Shown: positions 55,809-64,000 of the stretch, piece by piece
Layout: each line of letters opens with the position of its first letter
Numbering within the stretch: the stretch's first letter is position 1
Source of the DNA: Isoptericola halotolerans
GTDB lineage: Bacteria > Actinomycetota > Actinomycetes > Actinomycetales > Cellulomonadaceae
Reading direction: 5' to 3'
Length of the DNA stretch: 64,000 bases
NCBI RefSeq assembly: GCF_013149785.1
Contig: NZ_JABEZU010000003.1
Location: 434,001-498,000, forward strand
Translations under genes and position numbers: made by a program
Notes under the pieces: generated by a model
What the model was told of the DNA's origin: nothing
The model's input: the letters and a program-made list of their open reading frames with translations, nothing else
Database searches by the model: none

Positions 55809-56389
55809 CGGTCCTCCACGGTGATGCTGCGTAGGAAGAGGTCGGTCAGCTGCTGCGCGACCTCGGTCTTGGTCTCGGGTCCTGCCGGCGAGTACCAGTA
55901 GGACAGGTAGTGGACGTCGGAGAAGAAGTGCGCGATCAGCACCGACCGCGGGACGTCGGTCCGCAGGGCTCCCTCGTCCTGGCCGCGGGCGACGAGCGCG
56001 GCGAACTCGTCGTGGTACTCGCGCCGTCGACGCGTGACCTCCTTGCGGCGCGGCTCGGTCAGCATGTGCATGCTGCGGAAGAACACCGTGCCCTCGGGCA
56101 GCAGGTCGATCGACGTCTCCACGACATCGGTGCACACCGCCCGCAGGACGTCCGTCGTGGCACCGCCGCGCGCGACGATCTCCTCGAGGCGACGCTTCTG
56201 GAGCGACAGCATCCGGTCGTAGATCGCGAAGAGCAGATCGTCCTTGGACTGGAAGTAGTGGTACATGGCGCCCTTGGTGACGCCGGCGGCCTCGACGATC
56301 TGCTGGACGCTGGTGGTGGCATAGCCCTGGGTCGAGAAGAGGTCGAGTGCTGCCTTCAGGACCGAGTCGGCGACGTTGGTGGTCTTCAT
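55805..56389 (-). CDS. TetR-family regulator (KstR2-like fold)
   Basis: FSTQGYATTSVQQIVEAAGVTKGAMYHYFQSKDDL, WYSPAG. Confidence 0.93.
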   Translation of the reverse strand: MKTTNVADSVLKAALDLFSTQGYATTSVQQIVEAAGVTKGAMYHYFQSKDDLLFAIYDRMLSLQKRRLEEIVARGGATTDVLRAVCTDVVETSIDLLPEGTVFFRSMHMLTEPRRKEVTRRRREYHDEFAALVARGQDEGALRTDVPRSVLIAHFFSDVHYLSYWYSPAGPETKTEVAQQLTDLFLRSITVEDR

Positions 56390-56400
56390 GGCCCCATCCT

Positions 56401-57141
56401 TCACCCGACGGGCGCGACGGACGCGCCACCGTCGATCCGGAGTGTCTGCCCGGTGACCCACGCGGCATCGTCGGACAGCAGGAACGCGATCGGCCCGGCG
56501 ACGTCGTCGGGCACCCCGAGGCGGCCGAGCGGGTAGCCGGCCGCGACCTCCTCCTCGCGCGACTCGTACAACGCCCGCGAGAGCTTCGTCTTGACCACCG
56601 CCGGCGCCACGGCGTTGACGCGCAGCCGGGGCGCGAGCTCGTGGGCGAGCTGGGCGGTGAGGTTGATCAGCGCCGCCTTGGAGACGCCGTAGAAGGCGAT
56701 GTTCGGGCTCGTGGAGGTTCCGGAGATCGAGGCGGTGTTGACGATCGAGGTCGTCAGGCCGGCCGCGACGGCGTCCCGCGTCCACTCCAGGGCTGCCACC
56801 ACGTTGACGTCGACGATCTTGCGCACCACCGACGGCTCGATCTCCAGCACCGGCCCCCAGGCCGGGTTGATGCCGGCGTTGTTGACCAGGTGGTCCAGCC
56901 GACCGTGGCGCTCGGCGACGTGCGCGAAGACGTGCTCGCGGTGCGCGGCGTCGTCGACCTTCCCGGCGACGGCGGAGGCGTGCTCCGCGCCCAGGGACTC
57001 CACGGCCTCGTCGAGGGCCTCCTGCTTGCGGCCCGTCAGCACGACCCGGCCTCCCTCGGCGACCAAGCGGTGCGCGACCGCCAGACCGATGCCCCGGCTC
57101 GCCCCGGTGATGACCGTGACCTGCCCCGCGAACCTGCGCAC
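56401..57141 (-). CDS. SDR (DHRS4-like)
   Basis: TGASRGIG, NNAGINP, YGVSKAAL, VAPAVVKT. Confidence 0.9.
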   Translation of the reverse strand: MRRFAGQVTVITGASRGIGLAVAHRLVAEGGRVVLTGRKQEALDEAVESLGAEHASAVAGKVDDAAHREHVFAHVAERHGRLDHLVNNAGINPAWGPVLEIEPSVVRKIVDVNVVAALEWTRDAVAAGLTTSIVNTASISGTSTSPNIAFYGVSKAALINLTAQLAHELAPRLRVNAVAPAVVKTKLSRALYESREEEVAAGYPLGRLGVPDDVAGPIAFLLSDDAAWVTGQTLRIDGGASVAPVG

Positions 57142-57205
57142 CGCGCCACCTCTCGAACGTCGTCGTCCTCGACCCGGCACCGCGACGCGTCCTCGCGCCG
57201 CAGGA

Positions 57206-57225
57206 CGTACCGCCCGGTCGGTTTG
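57206..57225. promoter_or_regulatory. Shared palindromic operator, copy 4
   Basis: CGTACCGCCCGGTCGGTTTG upstream of the SDR-tetR-qor-SDR operon. Confidence 0.7.
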
Positions 57226-57332
57226 TTGTCCGCACGCTACCACGCACCGGGGTTTCTCGGCACCCTCCGCGCCCAGGGGACCCGCCCGACGGCGACGTTG
57301 CCCCGAGCCGTCGTCCGCAGCAGAGTGGGGCC

Positions 57333-57743
57333 ATGGACCTCACGCGCCCGTTGCCCCCGGACCCCTACTCGCTCCCGCCCGTCCCGGCGACGTTCGTGGT
57401 GAGCTGCTTCGACCCCGACGCTCCGGCGCCGTCCGGCTACTGGCACGGGCACGCGCTCGACGTCCCGGCCTCGGTGACGAGCTTCGCCCGCGGCGCCGGC
57501 GCGCACGACGGAGCCGCACTGCCCGACGGAGCGTTCCAGCTCACCTCCGACGGCGGTCAGGTCGGCTTCGAGGGCGCCGGACCACCACCCGGGGACCACG
57601 CGCACCGCTACGTCTTCGCCGTGCACGCCCTGGACGTCGACTCGCTCGGCCTGACCACGGACAGCACCAACGCGCAGGCCGCGTTCAACGCCTACTTCCA
57701 CACGATCGCACGCGCCACGCTGACCGGGACGTACCAGCGATGA
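57333..57743 (+). CDS. YbhB/YbcL (PEBP) family protein, apparently with an internal deletion
   Basis: DPDAP-SGYWH, GPPPGDHAHRYVFAVHALD; only 136 aa. Confidence 0.8.
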   Translation: MDLTRPLPPDPYSLPPVPATFVVSCFDPDAPAPSGYWHGHALDVPASVTSFARGAGAHDGAALPDGAFQLTSDGGQVGFEGAGPPPGDHAHRYVFAVHALDVDSLGLTTDSTNAQAAFNAYFHTIARATLTGTYQR

Positions 57744-58324
57744 GCGGGACGACGGACGAGCTGCCCACCCTCGGGGACCTCGCGTGGCACCCCGCGCTGG
57801 ACCGCACCGACCTGCTGGCCGCACCGGTGGCCGCAGCCTTGCACGACTGGGCCGCCAGCGACGACCGGGTGCGCACCCAGGTGGCGGTGGCGCCCATCGA
57901 CCCCGACCACGCGGACACCGCCACGCTCAACGACGTCCACGGCCTGCCGCCCGAGGCCTCTGCCAACTGCGTGGTGGTCGCCGGACGGCGCGGCGACGTC
58001 GAGCGCGTGGCGGCCTGCGTCGTGCCCGCCACGACCTCCGCGGACGTCAACACCCGGGTGCGCAAGCTGCTGGACGCCCGCAAGGCGTCGTTCCTGCCGA
58101 CGGACCGCGCCACCAGCGAGTCCGGCATGGAGTACGGCGGCATCACCCCGGTCGGGCTCCCTGCCGGCTGGCGGGTGCTGGTCGACGAGCGCTTCGCGAC
58201 GCCCGACGCCCTCGCGCTCATGGGCTCAGGGGTGCGGCGCTCCAAGCTGCTGATGCCGGGCGACCTGCTGTGCTCGGCGCCGTGGGTCGAGGTCGTGCCA
58301 GGGCTCGGCGTCGTGCGCGGTTGA
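57740..58324 (+). CDS. YbaK/EbsC-family aminoacyl-tRNA editing domain protein
   Basis: IDPDHADT, SANCVVV, GMEYGGITPVG, GSGVRRSK. Confidence 0.9.
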   Translation: MSGTTDELPTLGDLAWHPALDRTDLLAAPVAAALHDWAASDDRVRTQVAVAPIDPDHADTATLNDVHGLPPEASANCVVVAGRRGDVERVAACVVPATTSADVNTRVRKLLDARKASFLPTDRATSESGMEYGGITPVGLPAGWRVLVDERFATPDALALMGSGVRRSKLLMPGDLLCSAPWVEVVPGLGVVRG

Positions 58325-58350
58325 CCCCGGCGAAGTCCTGCCGCCTCAGC

Positions 58351-59352
58351 TCAGCACTCGGCGCGGCCGCGCCGCCAGTAGCCCATGAAGGCCACCGACT
58401 TGCGGTCCACGCCCTTGGTCCCGACCAGGTAGCGGCGGAGCGTCTTGATGACGCCGGCCTCGCCGGCGAACCAGGCGTACAGCACGGTGTCCTGCGCCAG
58501 CGGCTTGCCCGAGGCGTCGACCGGGACCTCCCAGAGGATCTCGTTGTCGATGTCGACATCCTCCAGCTCCCCGGCCGGCTCGCGGGCGCCGAGGGCGACG
58601 GGCTCGTCGTCGATCGATGCCCGCACACCCATCGCGAGCATCCGGTCGGCCGCCTCCTGGACGGCCGGCACGAGGCGATCACCGTGCTCGCCGTCCTCGC
58701 GGGCCAGCCAGGTGACCCGGACGCCGGCGGGTGCAGCGAGCGTCCAACGGTCCTCCCGGTGCGGGACCTCGAGGAAGACCTCACCGACCGCATCGGCGGG
58801 CAGCGCCTCGCAGATCGACGCGATCGCGGGCACCGCCGTCTCGTCACCGGCGAGCAGCAGGGCGTGGCTGGACCGCGGCGGGGCGAACTCCAGGCCGCCG
58901 TGAGCGCCGTCGTAGGCGGCGTTCGGACCCATGATCACCAGGGGCGAACCCGGTCGGGCTCCGTTCGCCCACCGCGACGCGGGTCCGGTGTCGCCGTGCA
59001 GGACGATGTCGACGTCGACCTCGCGCCGCTCCGGGCGCACCGCCCGCACCGTGTAGGTGCGCAGCGGGTTGCGACGCTCCTCGGGAAGGGCTCGCCACGA
59101 CGTGAACCAGTCAGGGTTCTGCCGGTCGAGGTACTCCCAACCACCGCAGGGTGCGGGCAGCAGGAACTTGATCCGCTGGTCGCACCCGTTGTCGGCGAAC
59201 TCGTGCAGGTCCGCACCGGTGAAGGTGATCCGGATGAACGAGGGACAGAGCCGCGTGACCCGCTGGACCTCGACGTCGAACATGCGCCACGGCTGCGGCG
59301 CGACGACGCCGGTCGGTTCGGTCTCGGTGGCGGCAGCAGCAGTCTCGGTCAC
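58351..59352 (-). CDS. Siderophore-interacting protein (ViuB-like)
   Basis: [32 protein letters not shown]. Confidence 0.93.
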   Translation of the reverse strand: MTETAAAATETEPTGVVAPQPWRMFDVEVQRVTRLCPSFIRITFTGADLHEFADNGCDQRIKFLLPAPCGGWEYLDRQNPDWFTSWRALPEERRNPLRTYTVRAVRPERREVDVDIVLHGDTGPASRWANGARPGSPLVIMGPNAAYDGAHGGLEFAPPRSSHALLLAGDETAVPAIASICEALPADAVGEVFLEVPHREDRWTLAAPAGVRVTWLAREDGEHGDRLVPAVQEAADRMLAMGVRASIDDEPVALGAREPAGELEDVDIDNEILWEVPVDASGKPLAQDTVLYAWFAGEAGVIKTLRRYLVGTKGVDRKSVAFMGYWRRGRAEC

Positions 59353-59371
59353 GCAGGTCAGCCTAACCTCA
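59353..59371. promoter_or_regulatory. IdeR/DtxR iron box
   Basis: GCAGGTCAGCCTAACCTCA, 15/19 to TTAGGTTAGSCTAACCTAA, directly abutting the start codon. Confidence 0.8.
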
Positions 59372-59405
59372 CCTGGCATGGTCAGGGCAACCTCCGTGAC
59401 CGGGG

Positions 59406-60026
59406 TCACACCCCGGAAGCCTCCTGGCTGGCCCGCACCTGAGCCATGCGCCGCAGCGTGAGCACGATCGGGTCCGTGAGCAGGGTCCCGAGCACGACCT
59501 GCCGCAGCGCGGCCTCCGGTTCGGGACCGGCCGTGGTCAGGTCGGCAGCCGCGACGACGTCCGCCGCCGCCGCGAGCGAGCGGAGGTAGTCGCCCGGCAG
59601 GTCCACGCCCGCGGCGCCTGCGGCCCGGAGCTGCTCGGCCAGCCGGTCGACGAGCAGCGGGTCGTCGCACCAACCGCGTTCCGCCACGAGCTCGACGGCC
59701 CGATGCCGGGCCGCGTCCCACTCCTCGTCCTCGGACGGGACCCCGCCCTCCGCCGCGACCAGCGCACGGTGAGCGGACCCGAGCAGGTCGTGGCGCGATG
59801 CCGGCGGGTCGTCCAGCGCGGCGAGAACATCCCGCACGGCGCCGAGGCTCAGCCCGGCCGACTCCGTGAGCGCCCGCACGAGCCGCACCCGCGACACGTG
59901 GGTGTCGTCGTAGCTCGCCTGGGTGCGTGACGTAGCCCGCCCCGGCGGCAGGAGCCCTTCGCGCAGGTAGTACTTCAGCGTCGCCACCGAGACTCCCGTG
60001 GCTGCCGCCAACCCTGAGATCCGCAT
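59406..60026 (-). CDS. MerR-family regulator
   Basis: [29 protein letters not shown]. Confidence 0.92.
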   Translation of the reverse strand: MRISGLAAATGVSVATLKYYLREGLLPPGRATSRTQASYDDTHVSRVRLVRALTESAGLSLGAVRDVLAALDDPPASRHDLLGSAHRALVAAEGGVPSEDEEWDAARHRAVELVAERGWCDDPLLVDRLAEQLRAAGAAGVDLPGDYLRSLAAAADVVAAADLTTAGPEPEAALRQVVLGTLLTDPIVLTLRRMAQVRASQEASGV

Positions 60027-60041
60027 CCGTTCCCTCCGCTC

Positions 60042-60090
60042 TTGACATTGGAGACTAACACTCCCCAATAATGGGTAGTGGCACTATCCA
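60042..60090 (+). promoter_or_regulatory. MerR-type promoter with two dyads
   Basis: TTGACA-N19-AATAAT; dyads TGGAGACTA-A-CACTCCCCA (60049-60067) and TGGGTAGTG-G-CACTATCCA (60072-60090). Confidence 0.7.
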
Positions 60091-60110
60091 GAACATGCAG
60101 GAGGAACCCC

Positions 60111-60617
60111 ATGACCACCCTGATGACGCACCACCACGACGGCGCCCTCGCCGTGTTCCTCATCGGTGCACGGATCAACAAGTTCTGGCGGCCCGACGCC
60201 TGGGTCCCGACCTACGCCGCCATGGGGCCGATGCTCGCCGAGCTGCACCGCACCCCGGAGACCGGGTTCCTGGGCGCCCGCACGACCTTCGGCCTGCGCG
60301 GGCCCACGGTCATCCAGTACTGGCGCAGCGTCGAGGACATCTACCGGTACGCGAACGACGACGACCTTGCCCATCGGCCCGCCTGGATCGAGTTCCACCG
60401 GCGCGCCAGGAAGGCGCCCGGCGCGGTCGGGATCTGGCACGAGACCTACGCCGTCGGCGCGGGAGGGCACGAGTCCCTGTACGGGGACATGCCCCCGTTC
60501 GGGCTCGCCCGGGCCACCACACCCGTCCCCGCCCAGCACAAGGGACGGACGGCACGGGAACGCCTCAGGGCGTCCGGGTCGCCCAGAACGCCACCGCCGA
60601 CGCCGCAGCCACGTTGA
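60111..60617 (+). CDS. DUF4188 monooxygenase-like protein
   Basis: VFLIGARIN, IQYWRS, HRPAW, VGIWHETY, YGDMPPFGL. Confidence 0.88.
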   Translation: MTTLMTHHHDGALAVFLIGARINKFWRPDAWVPTYAAMGPMLAELHRTPETGFLGARTTFGLRGPTVIQYWRSVEDIYRYANDDDLAHRPAWIEFHRRARKAPGAVGIWHETYAVGAGGHESLYGDMPPFGLARATTPVPAQHKGRTARERLRASGSPRTPPPTPQPR

Positions 60618-61413
60618 GCGAGTCGACGCCGTCGGCCATCGGGATCTTCACCACCATGTCGGCAGCGGCGACCGCACCGCGGGACAGACCGTGCCCCTCG
60701 GTGCCGAGAACCAGGGCCAGCCGCGTGGGAGCGTCCGCAACCAGGTCGTCGAGCGAGACGGCGTCGTCGGCCAGGGCCAGCGCCCCGACGGTGAACCCGT
60801 CCGCACGCAGCCCGTCCAGACCCTCGGGCCAGGTCTCCAACCGGGTCCACGGCACCTGGAACACCGCCCCCATGGAGACGCGCACGCTGCGCCGGTAGAG
60901 CGGGTCCGCGCACCGCGGCGAGACCAGCACCGCGTCGACACCCAGGGCGGCGGCCGAACGGAAGATCGCCCCGACGTTCGTATGGTCGACGATGTCCTCG
61001 AGCACCGCGACACGACGAGCACCAGCACCGCCCCGCGCGCCGGCGACGAGGTCGTGCACGCTGGGCAGCACCGGGCGGTGCATGGCCGCGAGCGCCCCAC
61101 GGTGCAGGTGGAACCCCGTGATCGCCTCCAGCACCTGCTCGTCGGCGACGAACACGGGCGCCTCGGGGTGGGCATCGAGCACGTCGGCCATCGAGTCGAG
61201 CCACTTGTCGGCCATGAGGAACGACCGGGGCCGGTGCCCCGCCGCCAGCGCCCGCCGGATGACGTTCGAGGACTCGGCCATGAACAGGCCCTCGGCAGGC
61301 TCGCGCACGGTGCGCAGCTTGACGTCGGTCAGGCCGGTGTAGTCGTGCAGGCGCGGGTCGGACGGGTCGGCGACGCGGACGACGGCGGGGCGGGGTTCGG
61401 CGGGCGAGCTCAC
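60565..61413 (-). CDS. TrmH/SpoU-family RNA methyltransferase
   Basis: DHTNVGAIFRSA, RRSVRVSMG, LGTEGHGL, IPMADGVDSLNVA. Confidence 0.93.
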   Translation of the reverse strand: MSSPAEPRPAVVRVADPSDPRLHDYTGLTDVKLRTVREPAEGLFMAESSNVIRRALAAGHRPRSFLMADKWLDSMADVLDAHPEAPVFVADEQVLEAITGFHLHRGALAAMHRPVLPSVHDLVAGARGGAGARRVAVLEDIVDHTNVGAIFRSAAALGVDAVLVSPRCADPLYRRSVRVSMGAVFQVPWTRLETWPEGLDGLRADGFTVGALALADDAVSLDDLVADAPTRLALVLGTEGHGLSRGAVAAADMVVKIPMADGVDSLNVAAASAVAFWATRTP

Positions 61414-61425
61414 CCGGGGATTCTC

Positions 61426-62694
61426 TCAGCCCGCGAGCCGCACCCGCGTCGCCTGCTCCCCCGGCTCCGTGAGCGCGAAGGAGCCCGTGGCCCCGTCGGG
61501 CAGGCGCACCTCGTAGTCCCCGAGGAACCCGCCGACCCGCACCTGCCCGGCGTCGTCGGTGCGCAGGGTCGTGGGGGCGTGCCACCACTCGCCCTTGACC
61601 AGCGAGCGCAGCCGGTCGTAGGCCGGCTTCGGCGAGCCGTCGGCGCGCAGCAGACCGCCCGGAGCCCCGAGCCACATCCCGCGGTCACCCAGCCCCCAGT
61701 AGTTGACGACCTCCACGGCCGGGTGGCTGAGCAGCGTGCGGTAGTGCCGCTCGACCTCGTCGGCCTGGCGCTCCTCCCCCTCGGGCGTCGACGGCCAGGA
61801 CTCCACCTGCCAGTCGTTGAGGTCCACGACGTGGGCGGGCATGATCTCGCCGGACAGCAGGGTGGTCTCGGTGAAGTGGATCGGGATGCCGTACCGCGCG
61901 AACCTGTCCAGGATGCGCAGCGTCTTCTCCTCGCCCCAGTAGCCCTGGTGCATGTGGGACTGCAGGCCGAGCCGGTCGATGCGGATGCCCGCCTCGAGCA
62001 CCGCCTCGACGAGGCACTCGTACGCCGTCGACATGTCGAAGTCGTTGAGCAGCAGGGTGACGTCCGGGTTGGTGGCCCGTGCCTCCTCGACGGCCAGGCG
62101 GATCATCTCCACCCGACCCTTGAGCCGTGCCAGCGGGGTGATCGCGTTGTCCTCGGCAGTGAAGACGGGCATGATCACGGCCTCGTTGATCGCGTCCCAG
62201 GTGTCCACGAGCCCGGCGAAGCCGCCGACGTCGCGCCGGATACGTTCGCGCTGCAGCCGCTCGACCTCCTCGGGGGCCCGGCCGAGCAGCCAGCGCGGCT
62301 GGACCGTGTGCCACACCAGCGGGTGGCCCTTCACCGAGACGCCGCGATCGGCGAACCACCGGGCCGCGGCCAGCATCTCCTCGGTGCGGGGAGCGCCTTC
62401 CTCGGGTTCGAACGTGCCCCAGTAGAAGGGCAGGGTGGCGATGTTGAAGACGTCGAGCCAGCGGTTCGCGAAATCGTTGTCGTACGTCGCGTCGGAGGAT
62501 CGGTCGTTCGCGTGGTCCACCAGCTCGAAGCCGATGCAGCCGAACCCGAAGGCGTGCGCGGTCTGGGCGACGACGACGTCGGTGTCGGCGAGCGGCGTGC
62601 CGTCCGGCGCGAGGACGGTCACCAGCTCATCGGCGCGCCGGTGCGCGAGCGTGGGGTCGGGGACGTGGTCGGTCGGTGCAGTGAAGAGAGTCAC
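61426..62694 (-). CDS. GH10-family glycoside hydrolase (xylanase-like, no signal peptide)
   Basis: KGHPLVWH, WDAINE, LGLQSHMH, IHFTE, PKPAY. Confidence 0.88.
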   Translation of the reverse strand: MTLFTAPTDHVPDPTLAHRRADELVTVLAPDGTPLADTDVVVAQTAHAFGFGCIGFELVDHANDRSSDATYDNDFANRWLDVFNIATLPFYWGTFEPEEGAPRTEEMLAAARWFADRGVSVKGHPLVWHTVQPRWLLGRAPEEVERLQRERIRRDVGGFAGLVDTWDAINEAVIMPVFTAEDNAITPLARLKGRVEMIRLAVEEARATNPDVTLLLNDFDMSTAYECLVEAVLEAGIRIDRLGLQSHMHQGYWGEEKTLRILDRFARYGIPIHFTETTLLSGEIMPAHVVDLNDWQVESWPSTPEGEERQADEVERHYRTLLSHPAVEVVNYWGLGDRGMWLGAPGGLLRADGSPKPAYDRLRSLVKGEWWHAPTTLRTDDAGQVRVGGFLGDYEVRLPDGATGSFALTEPGEQATRVRLAG

Positions 62695-62718
62695 AGACCC
62701 ATCGTGCCCCACCCGGCG

Positions 62719-63957
62719 TCAGGAGTGGTCGAACATCCGCACCGTGAGCTCACGCCACAGCTGCGTCCCCACACCACCGGGCGCCGCGTCGAACACGTGG
62801 GTCGCCGCGGGGAGGACCACGAGCTCGTGGGCGACGCCCGCGCCGGTCAGCACCCCGGCCAGCTCCTCGGCCCCGGCGGGTGGCACCAGGTGGTCCGACG
62901 CGCCGACCACCATCAGCGTCGGAGGTGCACCGGGGGTGACGTGCCCGGCCGGGGTGATCGCGGCGTACCGGTCCGGGTGCTGCTCCGGGGAACCGCCCGT
63001 GTACTGCTCGGCCAGCGACCGCCCGACGTCCCCCATCACGGGGTCGTCGTTGTCGTAGGCGCCCACCGGCGAGGCCACCGGGTACAGCGTGCTCACCGCC
63101 GAGACCGGAGGCACCGAGCCCTCGCACTCCGGGTCGAGGTCGCCCGACGCGGTGCGGTACGCGACCTCGAGCGCCAGGTTGCCACCCGCGGAGTCACCGG
63201 CCAGGAAGACACGGCCCGGGTCGCCGCCGTGATCGGCGGCGTGCTCGCCCACCCAGGCCAGGGCGCAGGCCACCTGCGGTTCGACGGCGTCCCAGCGGTG
63301 CCGCTCGTCGCTCGAGAGCGGGTAGTCGATGCTGACGGCCAGATAGCCCTGACCGGCGAACCAGGCCGCGTGCGACGCCGTCGTGCGCTGCGTCCGCTCC
63401 CCCGAGACCCAGCCGCCGCCGTGGACGAGGACCACGACCGGCGCAGGGCCGTCCGGCCCTCCCTCCGGCAGCCAGAGAGAGAGGTTCTGGGGGTCGCCCT
63501 CGTCGTCGCCGTACTGGGCGTCGACGTCCGGCGCGACGTCCCCCGGCGTGACCCGGAAGAGCTCGACGATCCGGATCCCGACGGCGTGCTCCTGCGCCAC
63601 CCGGAGCTGCTGGGTCACCACCGCGAAAGACAGCCCGGCGGCCAGCAGCCCGCCGGCGACGGCCACGACCCGGGTCACGGAGCCACGGCGCATCAGCGCG
63701 ACGGCCGCCGCCACGGTCACCGCGAGCCCGAGGACGACCATCCACGGCGCCCAGGCTGCCGCGTAGCCACCGACGTGCCCCCACCAGGGCACGGACGGCA
63801 GGAAGGCGCCGGCCGACACCACGGCGAGCAGCACCGCCAGGACGGCGAGGAGGCCGACGACGACGTTCGGGCGGCGACGGGTCGCGCCGCCGCCGTCCGT
63901 GGTTCCGGCGGCCGGACCTGCGGCGTGATGAGGTCGGTGGGCGGTCACGGGGGCCAC
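62719..63957 (-). CDS. Membrane-anchored alpha/beta hydrolase (HSL-like esterase)
   Basis: Three N-terminal hydrophobic segments, HGGGW, GDSAGG, DHLVP, THVFD. Start may be 63948. Confidence 0.88.
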   Translation of the reverse strand: MAPVTAHRPHHAAGPAAGTTDGGGATRRRPNVVVGLLAVLAVLLAVVSAGAFLPSVPWWGHVGGYAAAWAPWMVVLGLAVTVAAAVALMRRGSVTRVVAVAGGLLAAGLSFAVVTQQLRVAQEHAVGIRIVELFRVTPGDVAPDVDAQYGDDEGDPQNLSLWLPEGGPDGPAPVVVLVHGGGWVSGERTQRTTASHAAWFAGQGYLAVSIDYPLSSDERHRWDAVEPQVACALAWVGEHAADHGGDPGRVFLAGDSAGGNLALEVAYRTASGDLDPECEGSVPPVSAVSTLYPVASPVGAYDNDDPVMGDVGRSLAEQYTGGSPEQHPDRYAAITPAGHVTPGAPPTLMVVGASDHLVPPAGAEELAGVLTGAGVAHELVVLPAATHVFDAAPGGVGTQLWRELTVRMFDHS

Positions 63958-64000
63958 TCTGGCACGGAGGTCCGCCCGAGCGCACCCGTCGTCGCCTACG

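Noticed and set aside
59377..59395. Second IdeR box CATGGTCAGGGCAACCTCC
   Set aside because: Too many mismatches to call without a weight matrix.

Overview
High-GC actinobacterial chromosome segment (Micrococcales-like; inferred from gene content and synteny, genus not determined). 1-18.8 kb is the conserved Pup-proteasome neighbourhood (pafA partial, prcA, prcB, pup, dop, arc/mpa, trmI, M50 protease, RecB-like nuclease, HAD, PAC2, mshC, uppP, AKR, M20 peptidase). A PP2C/SpoIIE sensor gene sits between dop and arc, and arc has a 1-bp frameshift in a G6 run. 18.9-24.5 kb is an accessory block (VOC remnant, AA10-FN3-CBM2 LPMO, GNAT, AI-2E, SDR, orphan ORF) at the 3' end of tRNA-Leu(GAG), which is followed by degenerate copies of its own 3' end. 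24.7-30.9 kb holds a MazG-like gene, a YdjM-like hydrolase, a RIO kinase preceded by an apparent leader-peptide attenuator, a lone ectD, a GNAT with a PafBC-type promoter, and SRPBCC-ArsR. 30.9-37.0 kb is the imuA'-imuB-dnaE2 mutasome with LexA boxes. 37.1-57.2 kb is an acyl-CoA catabolic cluster in which four operons share one 20-bp palindromic operator; it includes an LvaA/LvaC- or ACAD10/11-like kinase plus dehydrogenase pair and a Liv-type ABC importer, and is interrupted by REP-like hairpins and an RsrR-NmrA module. 57.3-64 kb holds PEBP (apparently internally deleted), YbaK, a siderophore-interacting protein with an IdeR box, MerR/DUF4188, TrmH, a GH10 and a membrane-anchored esterase. 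No transposase, integrase, CRISPR array or rRNA was seen. All calls are by eye; no searches were run.
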